A stretch of 52,082 nt of DNA from Verrucomicrobiota bacterium (GCA_016871475.1 VHDG01000001.1:1-52082); one strand, 5' to 3'. Positions 36,401-44,862 are shown, counted from the stretch's first letter. Numbers and translations: made by a program. The notes: generated by a model not told the origin, from the letters alone.

Positions 36401-37269
36401 ACCAATGGAAATTCAATGACACCGACATCCCAGGTGCGACAACCTCAATGCTTCAACTTGGCAATGTCACCGCTTCCTCCGCGGGTACGTATCACGTGGT
36501 GGTTTCCAACCCAGGTGGCTCCGTCGAAAGCGCGAGAGTGACGCTAACCGTCGACGACACATTCTCGGGTCCAGCCCGTCAACAGTCATCCGATGCCGAC
36601 GGATTGCTGGTTCTGGAAGCTGAGAACTTCGATCGTTCCACCCCGGCCGGCCGCTGGGAGTGGATTCCCATCGCTGGCGGGGTCGAGGCGACGCCGAACG
36701 AAGGTCGGAACGTGAATGTCAACATAGCCGATAGCCCACGATTGGACTACAAGGTCCTCTTTGTTCGGCCCGGCATCTACTCCGTTTGGCTGCGCGGCCT
36801 AGGTGACAGCGCTCCGGGACCCAGTGCAAATGACTCCGTCAATCTGGGCATTGATTTCTCTCTCCCGAATTCCAGCGATCGCATTACAGGTTTCCCCGAG
36901 GGAGCCGGTCGAGTCTGGAGCCGATCCACTCTCGACAACGTGCCCGCTACGCTCGAAGTGGTGTCGGGCGGCCTTCACGTTCTCAACGTGTGGATGCGGG
37001 AGGATGGATTTGTCCTGGATAAGATCCTGATCACCAGCAACCCGAACCTCATTCCCACTGGAGATGGCCCACCGGAGAGCGGGACAGCTGGAGTGGTGCT
37101 CAAGGGAACGCTTGCCCCAAATGGAAGACTGATCCTCACGTGGAACGGGACGGCCCGATTGGAAGAAGCCAATGGTTTGGCCGGCCCGTGGTCGGAGATC
37201 AACGGCGCCTCCAGCCCTCACGATGTCCCCGTCCTAGGCGCAGCGAGGTTCTTCCGACTCCGAGAATGA
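33415..37269 (+). CDS. Secreted repeat protein: B-Ig-A-Ig-B-A-Ig-CBM-like-Cterm(FFRL)
   Basis: 1284 aa from the ATG at 33415 (MKTSQRLLVLFLMGFPFTSGLLHA signal). ORF-track start 33280 looks over-extended. It has two A-modules, two B-modules and three Ig-like domains (PLAYQW/PLTYQW). A CBM-like beta-sandwich spans ~36577-37065 (LLVLEAENF..WMREDGFVLDKILIT). It ends ..AARFFRLRE. Confidence 0.9.
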   Translation: MKTSQRLLVLFLMGFPFTSGLLHAQQVWNWALDYVPNVVPPREIGTEGAWSYGYDANTSDELSAPFEFVPFPIFGNHIWGGGDYHFSGPNPALLAKQANGMIIHTAPNAKQPVVVRWTATRAMTVNITGRAYKFAFDENNGRTQEFYVRKNGESPLTFGTVSDATLDSGAPLAFAATTTVQLGDTIDTFAVRTADKIQGFLGIELVLHEVLAGAPTITVHPQAADALPGSTASLSVTASGDAPLAYQWHRNGNDIAGADGATLMLPAATVTDAGVYGVRVSNGLGTAESLTVVVEVNPPPSTTRHDLRDDFRLSSNPTDRGWQYSRALRDGGGRVRPITPNWNEPDFGSGQLGWEGPGNAPHAGWARRIDNGNPTPTYDDPVGAILTHGPTSAVWKSPPGDPNRFANIRGDIYNIRKFGRSGTWRIFKNSTEITSGTVDDNSGTSTAPKSFVHGSAGPSVLEGIPYQPGDAFRLEILHDDFAAVNFTIETTASPPDPLITVQPQGRVVSPGTEVTLRVVAEGTAPLTYQWKRNGVDLPGRTADTLVIPFATETADYQVLVTSAKGSRLSSSATVVVADRSPGEPWDLVADFQPGKVPAVDVGPDGSWSYGYDARTNDDVLAPLQFVPMPLYAQHVIGNADYHISAPNPGSIAPRGSGLYIHTSDQPNQQAIILRWTARRPMRIHIMGSAYKYEVEGNGRTQDFFLRKNSGPLLASGTVSDDTVRNLGTELPIAAENISMLAGDFIDLFVSRHPGSVQGFLGVELVISEVLSDVGLDFALDANPTATGWQYSESLGNGGGPVGGAVPNWNQPDFGPGQTGWQGVRAGAHAGWARRIDNGNGTPTYDDPVDTVLTHGPTSVKWTAPVGSGPGHLAIRGGLWNIRHFGRSGTWKLWKNDTQLISEGAIDDANGTSLSPRSYASGSGGAAGLQNIPYQDGDSIRLEVLNGDFVGVRLSISTYKIVVDPPTITLQPRSVVALVGAAAVYRVEASGPPPLAYQWKFNDTDIPGATTSMLQLGNVTASSAGTYHVVVSNPGGSVESARVTLTVDDTFSGPARQQSSDADGLLVLEAENFDRSTPAGRWEWIPIAGGVEATPNEGRNVNVNIADSPRLDYKVLFVRPGIYSVWLRGLGDSAPGPSANDSVNLGIDFSLPNSSDRITGFPEGAGRVWSRSTLDNVPATLEVVSGGLHVLNVWMREDGFVLDKILITSNPNLIPTGDGPPESGTAGVVLKGTLAPNGRLILTWNGTARLEEANGLAGPWSEINGASSPHDVPVLGAARFFRLRE
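33490..34044 (+). repeat. B-module copy B1
   Basis: GAWSYGYDANTSDELSAPFEFVPFP..GGGDYHFSGPNP..IIHTAP..VVVRWTATRAMTVNITGRAYKF..GRTQEFYVRKNG..GTVSD..GDTIDTFAV..IQGFLGIELVLHEV. It aligns along its whole length with B2. Confidence 0.75.
34321..34884 (+). repeat. A-module copy A7
   Basis: DFRLSSNPTDRGWQYSRA..NWNEPDFGSGQLGW..HAGWARRIDNGNPTPTYDDPVG..THG..GDIYNIRKFGRSGTWRIFKNS..GDAFRLEILHDDFAAVNFTIET. Confidence 0.85.
35164..35721 (+). repeat. B-module copy B2
   Basis: GSWSYGYDARTNDDVLAPLQFVPMP..GNADYHISAPNP..YIHTSD..AIILRWTARRPMRIHIMGSAYKY..GRTQDFFLRKNS..GTVSD..GDFIDLFVS..VQGFLGVELVISEV. Confidence 0.75.
35722..36285 (+). repeat. A-module copy A8
   Basis: [108 protein letters not shown]. Confidence 0.85.
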
Positions 37270-37313
37270 TCCCGGAGGCGTGACTTCGATCGTTCCGCAG
37301 ATTCCGACATCAT

Positions 37314-38018
37314 TCAGGACGCGGGGGTGATGAAAATCCCCTTCGATCCCGTGTCCCAGTCGGCGATCGCAAACGGCTGGCCGCCGTTGCCGCCACGATT
37401 CCAAATCCCCAGGTCATCGCTGCTCAATTGGCCGGCGGTCTTCGTCACCCTGATCGCTCCGCCTGGACTGTCAAAAACGGCCATGCCTCCAGTGACGTGC
37501 AGCCGTGATTGAGGATCGCCTGTGCCGATGCCGACGTTGCCCGCGTCATCCACGAACACTGCGTTGGCCGGGCTGCCGTCCGCGGCGTTCAACGCGTTGC
37601 CGCTGATGCCGAGAGTTTTCAGGGCGAAGGGCGCCGGCGTGATGGGATGGCGCGGGCTTAACGGAGTGAAGTCCCCGCTGCCCGCGCTCCGCACGGCGAC
37701 TTCCAGCAGGCGCGCGTTATTTCCGGGGCTGGCCCACACAGCCGGGTCGAAGTTGAGGTGCGCCGTGAACAGGCCGTTGCTCACCGGCACGTTCGTAATG
37801 GTCAGCGGCCCGGCGATCGGAAAAATGCCGTTGGCGTTGAAAATCCTGAACTGGAAGTCGTAAACGCCGCCGGCCGGCCCGGGTCCGTCACTGAGCCGGC
37901 CTTGATACGCCACCGCCGTGTTCGGGGTGACCGGAGTGATTTGCGCGGCGAGGTCCGAAACCCAGCCGAGGTTGGCGATGGCGGTGAGGAACAAGACTTC
38001 GGTGATGCGTGTATTCAT
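37314..38018 (-). CDS. Tail-fibre-like protein, N-terminal portion only (probably 3'-truncated)
   Basis: 234 aa. Signal-like N-terminus, then YQGRLSDGPGPAGGVYDFQFRIF..NGLFTAHLNF..LSPRHPITPAPFA..NVGIGTGDPQSRLHV, typical of bacterial tail-fibre-domain proteins. It lacks the C-terminal chaperone domain. The stop falls inside a region still homologous to the neighbouring gene. Confidence 0.6.
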   Translation of the reverse strand: MNTRITEVLFLTAIANLGWVSDLAAQITPVTPNTAVAYQGRLSDGPGPAGGVYDFQFRIFNANGIFPIAGPLTITNVPVSNGLFTAHLNFDPAVWASPGNNARLLEVAVRSAGSGDFTPLSPRHPITPAPFALKTLGISGNALNAADGSPANAVFVDDAGNVGIGTGDPQSRLHVTGGMAVFDSPGGAIRVTKTAGQLSSDDLGIWNRGGNGGQPFAIADWDTGSKGIFITPAS

Positions 38019-38080
38019 AATTCAAAACAGTCTTCTTGCAGGCGAGGTTCGTCGTGCGTGCGCTCACGACAAGGACGAAA

Positions 38081-38098
38081 GCGGTGACAAGTCACCGC
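38081..38098 (-). terminator. Possible intrinsic terminator after the tail-fibre-like gene
   Basis: On the minus strand GCGGTGA-CTTG-TCACCGC (7-bp GC-rich stem, 4-nt loop) lies 22 nt after the stop at 38120 and is followed by TTTCGTCCTT. The T-tract is weak. Confidence 0.3.
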
Positions 38099-38119
38099 AC
38101 TCCAGGACGCTTCGCGTTT

Positions 38120-39304
38120 TCATCGCACGCCTCCGTCAAGTTTCTGCGTTAGTGCCTCAACCAGCGCCTTGAGTTCCTCCACCGTGCGCCTCAGCTCCGC
38201 GTTGTCCGCGTCGCGCCGTTTCAATTCTTCCGCGAGCCTGGCGTCCTGTTTCTTTTGTAATTCCCGCAGCGCCTCCACCACCAGCGCCTCCAGGCCGCGC
38301 ACGGTCACCCGCTTGAAGCCGTCCGGGCCGGTCTCGACCCAGTCAGGAAAAACCGTCTCCACTTCCTGCGCCACCAGTCCCATGCGTTCGCCGGAGAGTT
38401 CGTGGATTTTAGCCGGGTCGATGTATTCGAAGTTCACCCCGTGTAGCGCCAACAACTTGTCCAGTGCGCCGGCCAGCGGGCGGATGTTTTTCTTGAGCCG
38501 CGCATCCGAGGTGGAACTCCACGCGCCGCCGCCGGGTTTGCCCGCTGAGCCGTTGACGTGCAGCGTGTGAGTCGGAGGGTTCACGTTGATTCCTACGTTA
38601 TTACCTCGGATGATGAAGTCTTTGGGATTGGCAGAATTCCCGATGCCCAGTTCCAGAGCGGTGCCGGCGCCCCTGCCCGCCTGACGGAAGGCCCAGCTTC
38701 GTTCGATATTCAGATTCAGCAGTTCGGCGCCGTCGCCCTGGCTGGTGATGCGCACGGGACCCGCCACGTCGAGCGGATACGCCGGGCTGATCGATCCAAT
38801 GCCGACATTGCCGGAAGCGGTGTTGACGAAGATCCCCTTCGATCCCGTTTGCCAGTCTGCAATCGCAAACGGCTGGCCGCCGCTGCCGCCGCGATTCCAG
38901 ATACCGAGGTCTTCGTTGTTCAATTGTCCGGCGGTCTTGGCCACCCTGATGGCTCCGCCTGGATTGTCAAAAACAGCAGCGCCTCCAGCGACATGCAGCC
39001 TGGATTGAGGATCGCTTGTGCCGATGCCGACGTTGCCTGAGGCGCGGAAGACATCATGGCCGGAGCGGGTCCAGACGCCAATCGTGGGATCCAGGCTGGT
39101 CGCCGTGATCGAACCTGCGTTCACCCCATCCGCGATCAACCCCGGAGTGAACGATTCTAGAGTGAAAAGATAGGCCGCCCCGGCATTCCCCGCCCCGGTG
39201 TCGTCGGTGTAGGCACCGACGAGCACGCGGTTGTTTCCGACCCCAGCCACGGCGAAGCCGAAGCTGTCGTCCTCCGCCGGCGTGGGATTATGGAAGGTGG
39301 TCAA
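38120..39304 (-). CDS. Tail-fibre-domain protein with C-terminal intramolecular-chaperone (peptidase S74-like) domain; 5'-truncated
   Basis: C-terminus SDARLKKNI..LHGVNFEYI..GLVAQEVETVFPDWV, followed by a coiled-coil tail, matches the S74 auto-processing chaperone domain. The N-terminus is FG-GAP-like (SFGFAVAGVGNNRVLVGAYTDDTGAGNAGAAYLF). The ORF-track start is a TTG. The frame stays open upstream to a stop at 39407-39409 and encodes another FG-GAP repeat (AIGAHQNDAGAINTGSAYLF) with no ATG or signal peptide. Confidence 0.65.
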   Translation of the reverse strand: MTTFHNPTPAEDDSFGFAVAGVGNNRVLVGAYTDDTGAGNAGAAYLFTLESFTPGLIADGVNAGSITATSLDPTIGVWTRSGHDVFRASGNVGIGTSDPQSRLHVAGGAAVFDNPGGAIRVAKTAGQLNNEDLGIWNRGGSGGQPFAIADWQTGSKGIFVNTASGNVGIGSISPAYPLDVAGPVRITSQGDGAELLNLNIERSWAFRQAGRGAGTALELGIGNSANPKDFIIRGNNVGINVNPPTHTLHVNGSAGKPGGGAWSSTSDARLKKNIRPLAGALDKLLALHGVNFEYIDPAKIHELSGERMGLVAQEVETVFPDWVETGPDGFKRVTVRGLEALVVEALRELQKKQDARLAEELKRRDADNAELRRTVEELKALVEALTQKLDGGVR

Positions 39305-39614
39305 CAGCGCGCCGGTGGTGCTGAACAGATAGGCCGAGCCGGTGTTTATTGCGCCCGCGTCATTCTGATGCGCGCCAATGGCATTCCCAGGGACAAAACT
39401 GCATATTCACGGCTACGATGAGCTGAATCTGTCGCCGACAGTCGGCAGTCTCCATCGCGCTTCGGTATGAATTTGACAACCGATGGACGAATGCTTTTTC
39501 TACCGCCATTCCAGTTCCGGCCCTGCTGAAAAAACAGCTATCGACTCGGGTCGGCTATTTCGTGTCTTATCGAACCGCGGCGAGTGAGATGGTCTGGAAT
39601 GGAATAATGATCAC

Positions 39615-41678
39615 ATGGAAATTGCGCTGAGTATCGGATTGTTTGGGAGCCTGTTCGCGCTCGGATTTGCCTTTTACAAGTCGAAATGGATTCTGCGGCA
39701 GGATCCCGGTGGAGACCGGTTGAGAACGATCGGAGGTTATGTCGCCAAAGGGGCAATGGCTTTTTTGTTTCGAGAATACAAGGTTCTCGTCCCCTTCGTC
39801 GCCGTGGCGGCGCTCCTGCTCTTCTTTGGTAATCGGGGTGCCCTTAGATGGGAGGCTGTCACGTTTGGCATCGGTGCCGTCTTCTCCGCTGCTGCGGGCT
39901 ACGTCGGAATGCGGATCGCCACCCAGGCGAACATGCGGACGGCATCAGCAGCCAGCCGGAGTCTCAATGATGCCCTTCAGGTTTCCTTTGCAGCCGGTTC
40001 GGTCATGGGGATGAGTGTGGTAGGCCTTGCTCTGGGTGGTATCACCCTGATCCTCGCTGCCTCCATATATTTTGTCGGGAAAGATACGGCTAGCTTCCAG
40101 TATCAGGTCCTTCCCATCCTTTCGGGTTTTGCACTGGGCGCCTCGTGCATCGCTCTCTTTGCCCGCGTCGGCGGTGGAATTTATACCAAGGCCGCGGATG
40201 TCGGGGCCGATCTGGTGGGAAAGGTTGAGGCAGGCATTCCCGAGGACGATCCACGCAATCCCGCGACCATTGCGGACAATGTCGGCGACAATGTGGGCGA
40301 TGTTGCAGGAATGGGGGCAGATCTTTACGAGTCGTTCGTTGCGTCAGTGCTCGGTTGCATGATCCTGGGATTGGCAGCGACCCAGGACGAGACGCTCCGC
40401 GTTCAGCTGGCGTTATTGCCTCTCATGCTCACCGCTGCTGGAGCTGTGGCGTCAGCAATCGGCATCCAGTGGGTGAGGGTCAAAGACGGCGACTCGCCTC
40501 AGCACGCGCTCAATCGTGGATCAAACCTCGCTTCGATCCTCGCAGCCTTGTTCAGTTATCCCATTTTCTCGTTGTGCCTGGGAGGGAGGGAGATTGAAGG
40601 AGGAGCGACGGCGACTCATCTGTTCTTTTGTACGGCCGTGGGAGTGGGTTCGGGCACAATCATTGGAATGTTGACTGAGTATTACACCGGAACAAACAAG
40701 GCACCGGTCAATTCCATCGTGCGGTCTTGTGACACCGGCCCAGCGACAACCATCATCACAGGAATGGGAGTGGGTATGGCGTCGACGGCCTGGCCAGTCA
40801 TCGTCATGGCTGTGACAGTGCTGGTCAGCTATGAACTCGCCGGACTGTTCGGGATAGCGATTGCAACAGTGGGCCTGCAGTTGACTCTGGGCATACAACT
40901 CGCCGTGGATGCATTTGGCCCTGTAGCCGACAACGCGGGAGGGTTGGCCGAGATGTCTGAGATGCCGCCAGGAGTGCGAGCGACCACTGATAAGCTGGAT
41001 GCAGTTGGAAATACCACTGCCGCGATTGGCAAAGGTTTCGCCATCGGCTCTGCTGCACTGACCTCAGTGATTCTCTTCTCTGCCTTCAAAACTGAGGTGG
41101 GAATCACCACGGTTGAAATCACCGATCCCAAGGTGCTGGTTGGATTGTTGGTGGGAGGAATGACTCCGTATCTTTTCTCCTCGATGTGCATGATGGCGGT
41201 TGGCCGCGCTGCCTTTGCAATGGTCGAGGAGGTGCGAAGGCAGTTTCGAACCATTCCTGGACTCCTTCTAGGGAAAGGGGAGCCGGACTACTCTCGATGC
41301 GTGGACATCAGCACTGCGGCTGCACTGAGAGAGATGGTTCTTCCTGGACTGCTTGCCATTTTATCTCCCGTCGCTGTGGGCTTTTTTGGCGGTGTCCAGA
41401 TGTTGCTCGGGTTTTTGACTGGCGTGACTGCGTCGGGCGTGGCTCTGGCCATCTTCATGAGCAACACCGGTGGAGCCTGGGATAATGCCAAGAAAACAAT
41501 CGAGGGAGGGGTCAGTGGAGGCAAGGGTTCGGACTCACACAAAGCCGCCGTTGTGGGTGATACGGTCGGCGATCCTTTCAAAGACACCGCCGGACCTTCG
41601 TTGAATATCTTGATCAAACTCATGGGAGTGATGTCAGTGGTGATCGCTCCCATGCTCAAACACGTTTGGAAACTCTGA
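39615..41678 (+). CDS. hppA: Membrane-integral ion-translocating inorganic pyrophosphatase, K+-dependent type
   Basis: 687 aa, polytopic. Canonical motifs [37 protein letters not shown] and [35 protein letters not shown] has Ala at the position that is Lys in K+-independent enzymes. Confidence 0.95.
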   Translation: MEIALSIGLFGSLFALGFAFYKSKWILRQDPGGDRLRTIGGYVAKGAMAFLFREYKVLVPFVAVAALLLFFGNRGALRWEAVTFGIGAVFSAAAGYVGMRIATQANMRTASAASRSLNDALQVSFAAGSVMGMSVVGLALGGITLILAASIYFVGKDTASFQYQVLPILSGFALGASCIALFARVGGGIYTKAADVGADLVGKVEAGIPEDDPRNPATIADNVGDNVGDVAGMGADLYESFVASVLGCMILGLAATQDETLRVQLALLPLMLTAAGAVASAIGIQWVRVKDGDSPQHALNRGSNLASILAALFSYPIFSLCLGGREIEGGATATHLFFCTAVGVGSGTIIGMLTEYYTGTNKAPVNSIVRSCDTGPATTIITGMGVGMASTAWPVIVMAVTVLVSYELAGLFGIAIATVGLQLTLGIQLAVDAFGPVADNAGGLAEMSEMPPGVRATTDKLDAVGNTTAAIGKGFAIGSAALTSVILFSAFKTEVGITTVEITDPKVLVGLLVGGMTPYLFSSMCMMAVGRAAFAMVEEVRRQFRTIPGLLLGKGEPDYSRCVDISTAAALREMVLPGLLAILSPVAVGFFGGVQMLLGFLTGVTASGVALAIFMSNTGGAWDNAKKTIEGGVSGGKGSDSHKAAVVGDTVGDPFKDTAGPSLNILIKLMGVMSVVIAPMLKHVWKL

Positions 41679-41680
41679 CC

Positions 41681-42466
41681 ATGGCTTACCAGAATCGACT
41701 TTATCAGATCCTATATCCCAACCAGGCGCTCGTGGCTTCGCAGTTGGCGCCGGAGGAATTCGCACGTCATTACCTGATTGGTTCCGTAAGGCACTACTCG
41801 GGCAAGATGGTGTTTGCGGACATTGATCTCGGCTTTCGCCATCCCTACTTCGATATCGAAGGTTGCCTGAAGCATCTTGTCCCTCATGAGGATGGGAGCC
41901 CGAAACACACCAAGTTCATCTCCTCCTATCGTGTCATGGAGCACATGGACTTTAACGCCATTAACTCACTATATCTCTCCACGGCGGAGGCCGACACGCT
42001 GGAGATGAAGGCTCAGACTTATAGCAAAGTTCACCAGACAGGGTTTCTGCGGACGTTCGCTGAGATCGCGCCTTTGTCGATGCTGGTCATGAGTCCTTAC
42101 GACATGGTGGAATTCGGACGCTTCATCACCAAACCTGGAAATCCAAAAGGCTGCCCGAAGCTTTTTTACACCCAAATCGATCTGAACGTGGATCAGTTCG
42201 TGGCAGACTTCGAAAAGAATGCGTTCATGCGGGCTCCGTTTCCGTTTCTACACCCATCCAAGCTGCGGGACGCAATCGTGGAAATGAAGATCAAGCCGGA
42301 GAAAAAAACCAAAGGGCTTTCGCTCTTCTGTCCTTTGGACCAGATCTCTTTCAAGATGATCAGGCACGGATTCATGTTCACGGGTCAGGATTGCTCCAAG
42401 TTTTTCCCCATGCCGAGCCTGCACGACCTGGAAGTGAATCACTTCCGCTTTTGGCAGAGTTTGTGA
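41681..42466 (+). CDS. Hypothetical cytoplasmic protein, family not recognised
   Basis: 261 aa from the ATG at 41681, 2 bp after the hppA stop. ORF-track start 41666 overlaps hppA. No signal peptide or TM segment. Composition is coding-like. Confidence 0.7.
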   Translation: MAYQNRLYQILYPNQALVASQLAPEEFARHYLIGSVRHYSGKMVFADIDLGFRHPYFDIEGCLKHLVPHEDGSPKHTKFISSYRVMEHMDFNAINSLYLSTAEADTLEMKAQTYSKVHQTGFLRTFAEIAPLSMLVMSPYDMVEFGRFITKPGNPKGCPKLFYTQIDLNVDQFVADFEKNAFMRAPFPFLHPSKLRDAIVEMKIKPEKKTKGLSLFCPLDQISFKMIRHGFMFTGQDCSKFFPMPSLHDLEVNHFRFWQSL

Positions 42467-42767
42467 CGCGGTTGCCGGCGCTGCGCCTGAACCACGGCGT
42501 AGCCTGGCCACATTTTCTCCAGCTCGTCCGCCGCTGCAACGGAACGCCCAAACTCGATCTTCGTGCGCGCGGCGAGATTCCCGACGGCGCCTGCGTGGCT
42601 TCAATTATGACGAAGCGACTCCCATTACCGGCGATTCCCTGCGGCATTCCATTCGTTGGCGGGAGCGCGGGGTGAAAGACCTGCCGGCGGGTAATCACAT
42701 GCTGCGCCTGCACCTGGACAATGCCACGATCTATGCGCTGGGCATCCATCGATTGCCCAAGCGCTGA
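42463..42767 (+). pseudogene. Possible frameshifted relic of the C-terminal beta-sandwich of a secreted glycosidase-like protein
   Basis: Two frames joined near nt 42588 read ..LRLNHG..PKLDLRARGEIPDGA / LRGFNYDEATPITGDSLRHSIRWRERGVKDLPAGNHMLRLHLDNATIYALGI*. This resembles the ..GFS..D..PI.GDS....V.W.G..DLS.L.G..V.L.F.L..A.LY.. tails common in PVC hydrolases. There is no start codon. Confidence 0.3.
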
Positions 42768-43203
42768 AGAAGGCCGGAACGGGAGCGGGTGGAGAATCTC
42801 ATATCCGATATCGTTCCCTTGCTCGGAGGGGGGACTCGGCGTGTATCGAATGTTGACATATCGCTCCTCGCACTGACTGAGACCCGGCTGACGCCCGGTT
42901 GCTCTCCGGAAGGTATGGGAACAGGTTTTTCCGCTTTTTTGCTTGAGGGAGGCTTGTGAGGTTCTGCATACAGGATACACAATTTCCAAGTCAAACCGTC
43001 TTGAGTGTGTGGCGCGTTCAGTGGGCCGGTTTGGTGAGTTGAAAACTACACAGACCGGATACCACCGACAGACGGCAGACTTACCGCAAACTCAAACACT
43101 GCTCCATGACGATCCACCTCTTCACGACTTCAGCTCCGTTGCCGACGGACCTCTCCCGTCGCGTTTGTTCCGGTTTGCCTCGACGCGTTTCAACTTTCAT
43201 CCA

Positions 43204-44862
43204 ATGAACATCCGGGCGCTGAAAGAATTTCGACGTAGACTGGCTCTCAACCAAACGACTTACGGTCTTTGGATCACGCTTGAATCCGCGTCTTTGACCG
43301 AGTTCGCGGTGGCGTTGGGAGTTGATTGGGTTGTGGTGGACGCTGAGCACGGGTGCCTGGATTGGAAGGAGATTTCGCAGCACATTCGGGCTGCCGTTCG
43401 AAGTGATACCATGGTGCTGGTGCGAATAGCCGAACGAGATACCGCGCTCGCCAAACGAGCGCTGGACATCGGGGCCGACGGAATTGTAGTTCCGTGGGTG
43501 GAGACAGCGGAGCAACTGGAGGAAGCGCTTCGCGATTGCCGTTATCCACCTCAGGGTCGGCGCGGCATTGGCGGCGAGCGCGCCACGGTTTGGGGTCAAT
43601 GTCTCTTCGAACACACTGCAGAGGCCAACGAACATGTCCTGGTCGTTCCCATCATCGAGAGCTTCCGGGCCGTTGCAGCAGTGCCCGCAATGTGCAAGGT
43701 GGATGGAGCGGAGGTTTTCTTTTTCGGACCGGCCGATCTTTCAGCCAGCGCAGGATATCGCGGTCAATGGGAAGGGCCCGGTGTGGCGGAGCAGATTCTT
43801 CAAATGAAGGACACCATGCGCAAAGCTGGAAAGCATTGCGGATTGTTGACGACGGGCGCGGAGAATCTGATCGCGCGTCGGGAACAAGGTTTCCAGATGC
43901 TTGGCCTAGGAACCGATACCGGACTGCTATTACGTTCGCTGCACGAATCACTGAAGGCGGTGGGGCGGGACCGTCGTCCTGCGACCAGCCTGGATCCGAG
44001 GGATGGGCAAGCGGTGTCTGATCCTCTGCCACGACCTCCGGAAGCGATGCGACCGGAACGCGTGGAGGTGGTTACGGCAGGTGGGTGTGGCCCAGTCGTT
44101 GATTTGGATCCGGGTGTTTCCATGGAGATCCTCGTCGGTGAGTTCACCAAGGTCCGCCATCTGACGACAGGTATTGTCACGCTGCAACCCGGGGCGGCAC
44201 TTCCTCAACATCGTCATCCCTGCGCGGAGGCGATCACGGTGTTAACCGGCAGGGTTGAAATCGCTGTGGAAGGCCGCGTTTACCGGTTGGGTCCTCTGGA
44301 TAATATAGTGATTCCGCGCTGGTTACCGCACGTTACCTGCAACCCTGATCCTGCTTCGATCACACGCATTCATGCCGCTCTCGCCATGAGCCCACCCGAG
44401 CGTGAACTCCTGACGCGAACATTTTCGCGCGTGGAGATGCCCGCCGATTCAACCGGGATCGTTGGGATGGAACGAGTCACTCGCTTCCAGTCTGCCAAAC
44501 GCACGTTTGGTGTAGGGCCGGGGGCGGAGTTCATTGATCACTTCAATGCGGAGCTGATGCCAGGGCTGGAGATGAGCGGTGGCTTCGGGCGCTTCCAGCC
44601 CGGTGGTCGATTGCCTGCACACGTCCATGATTTTGATGAATCCATCTGCATCATCGATGGCACTGCCACCTGTGTTGTGGAAGGTCGGAACTACTCGATG
44701 AGGGGCTGCGCCACGACAATGGTGCCGCGCGGGAGAGTTCATTATTTTGAAAACCGATCGACCACTGCGATGGATATGATCTGGGTTTACGCGGGTCCGA
44801 TGCCTGAGCGCATCGTTGTGGACTCACACTGTGCGACGGAGGCGGGCAACCCTTGGAAATAA
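43204..44862 (+). CDS. Fusion protein: HpcH/HpaI aldolase domain + C-terminal bicupin
   Basis: 552 aa from the ATG at 43204; ORF-track start 42943 is an unsupported extension. Aldolase blocks WVVVDAEHG, VRIAERDTALAKRALDIGADGIVVPWV and YPPQGRRGIGG. After a Pro/Arg-rich linker come two cupin barrels, each with metal-ligand motifs: HRHPCAE..PRWLPH..N and HVHDFDE..PRGRVHYFEN. Confidence 0.85.
   Translation: MNIRALKEFRRRLALNQTTYGLWITLESASLTEFAVALGVDWVVVDAEHGCLDWKEISQHIRAAVRSDTMVLVRIAERDTALAKRALDIGADGIVVPWVETAEQLEEALRDCRYPPQGRRGIGGERATVWGQCLFEHTAEANEHVLVVPIIESFRAVAAVPAMCKVDGAEVFFFGPADLSASAGYRGQWEGPGVAEQILQMKDTMRKAGKHCGLLTTGAENLIARREQGFQMLGLGTDTGLLLRSLHESLKAVGRDRRPATSLDPRDGQAVSDPLPRPPEAMRPERVEVVTAGGCGPVVDLDPGVSMEILVGEFTKVRHLTTGIVTLQPGAALPQHRHPCAEAITVLTGRVEIAVEGRVYRLGPLDNIVIPRWLPHVTCNPDPASITRIHAALAMSPPERELLTRTFSRVEMPADSTGIVGMERVTRFQSAKRTFGVGPGAEFIDHFNAELMPGLEMSGGFGRFQPGGRLPAHVHDFDESICIIDGTATCVVEGRNYSMRGCATTMVPRGRVHYFENRSTTAMDMIWVYAGPMPERIVVDSHCATEAGNPWK

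Noticed and set aside
37329-39037. The 213-bp repeat at the 3' end of a tail-fibre-like gene considered as a DGR variable-region/template-region pair.
   Set aside because: The 28 mismatches are of mixed types: 15 transitions and 13 transversions, involving all four bases on either strand. They are not concentrated at adenines of one copy. No reverse transcriptase gene is present in the window.
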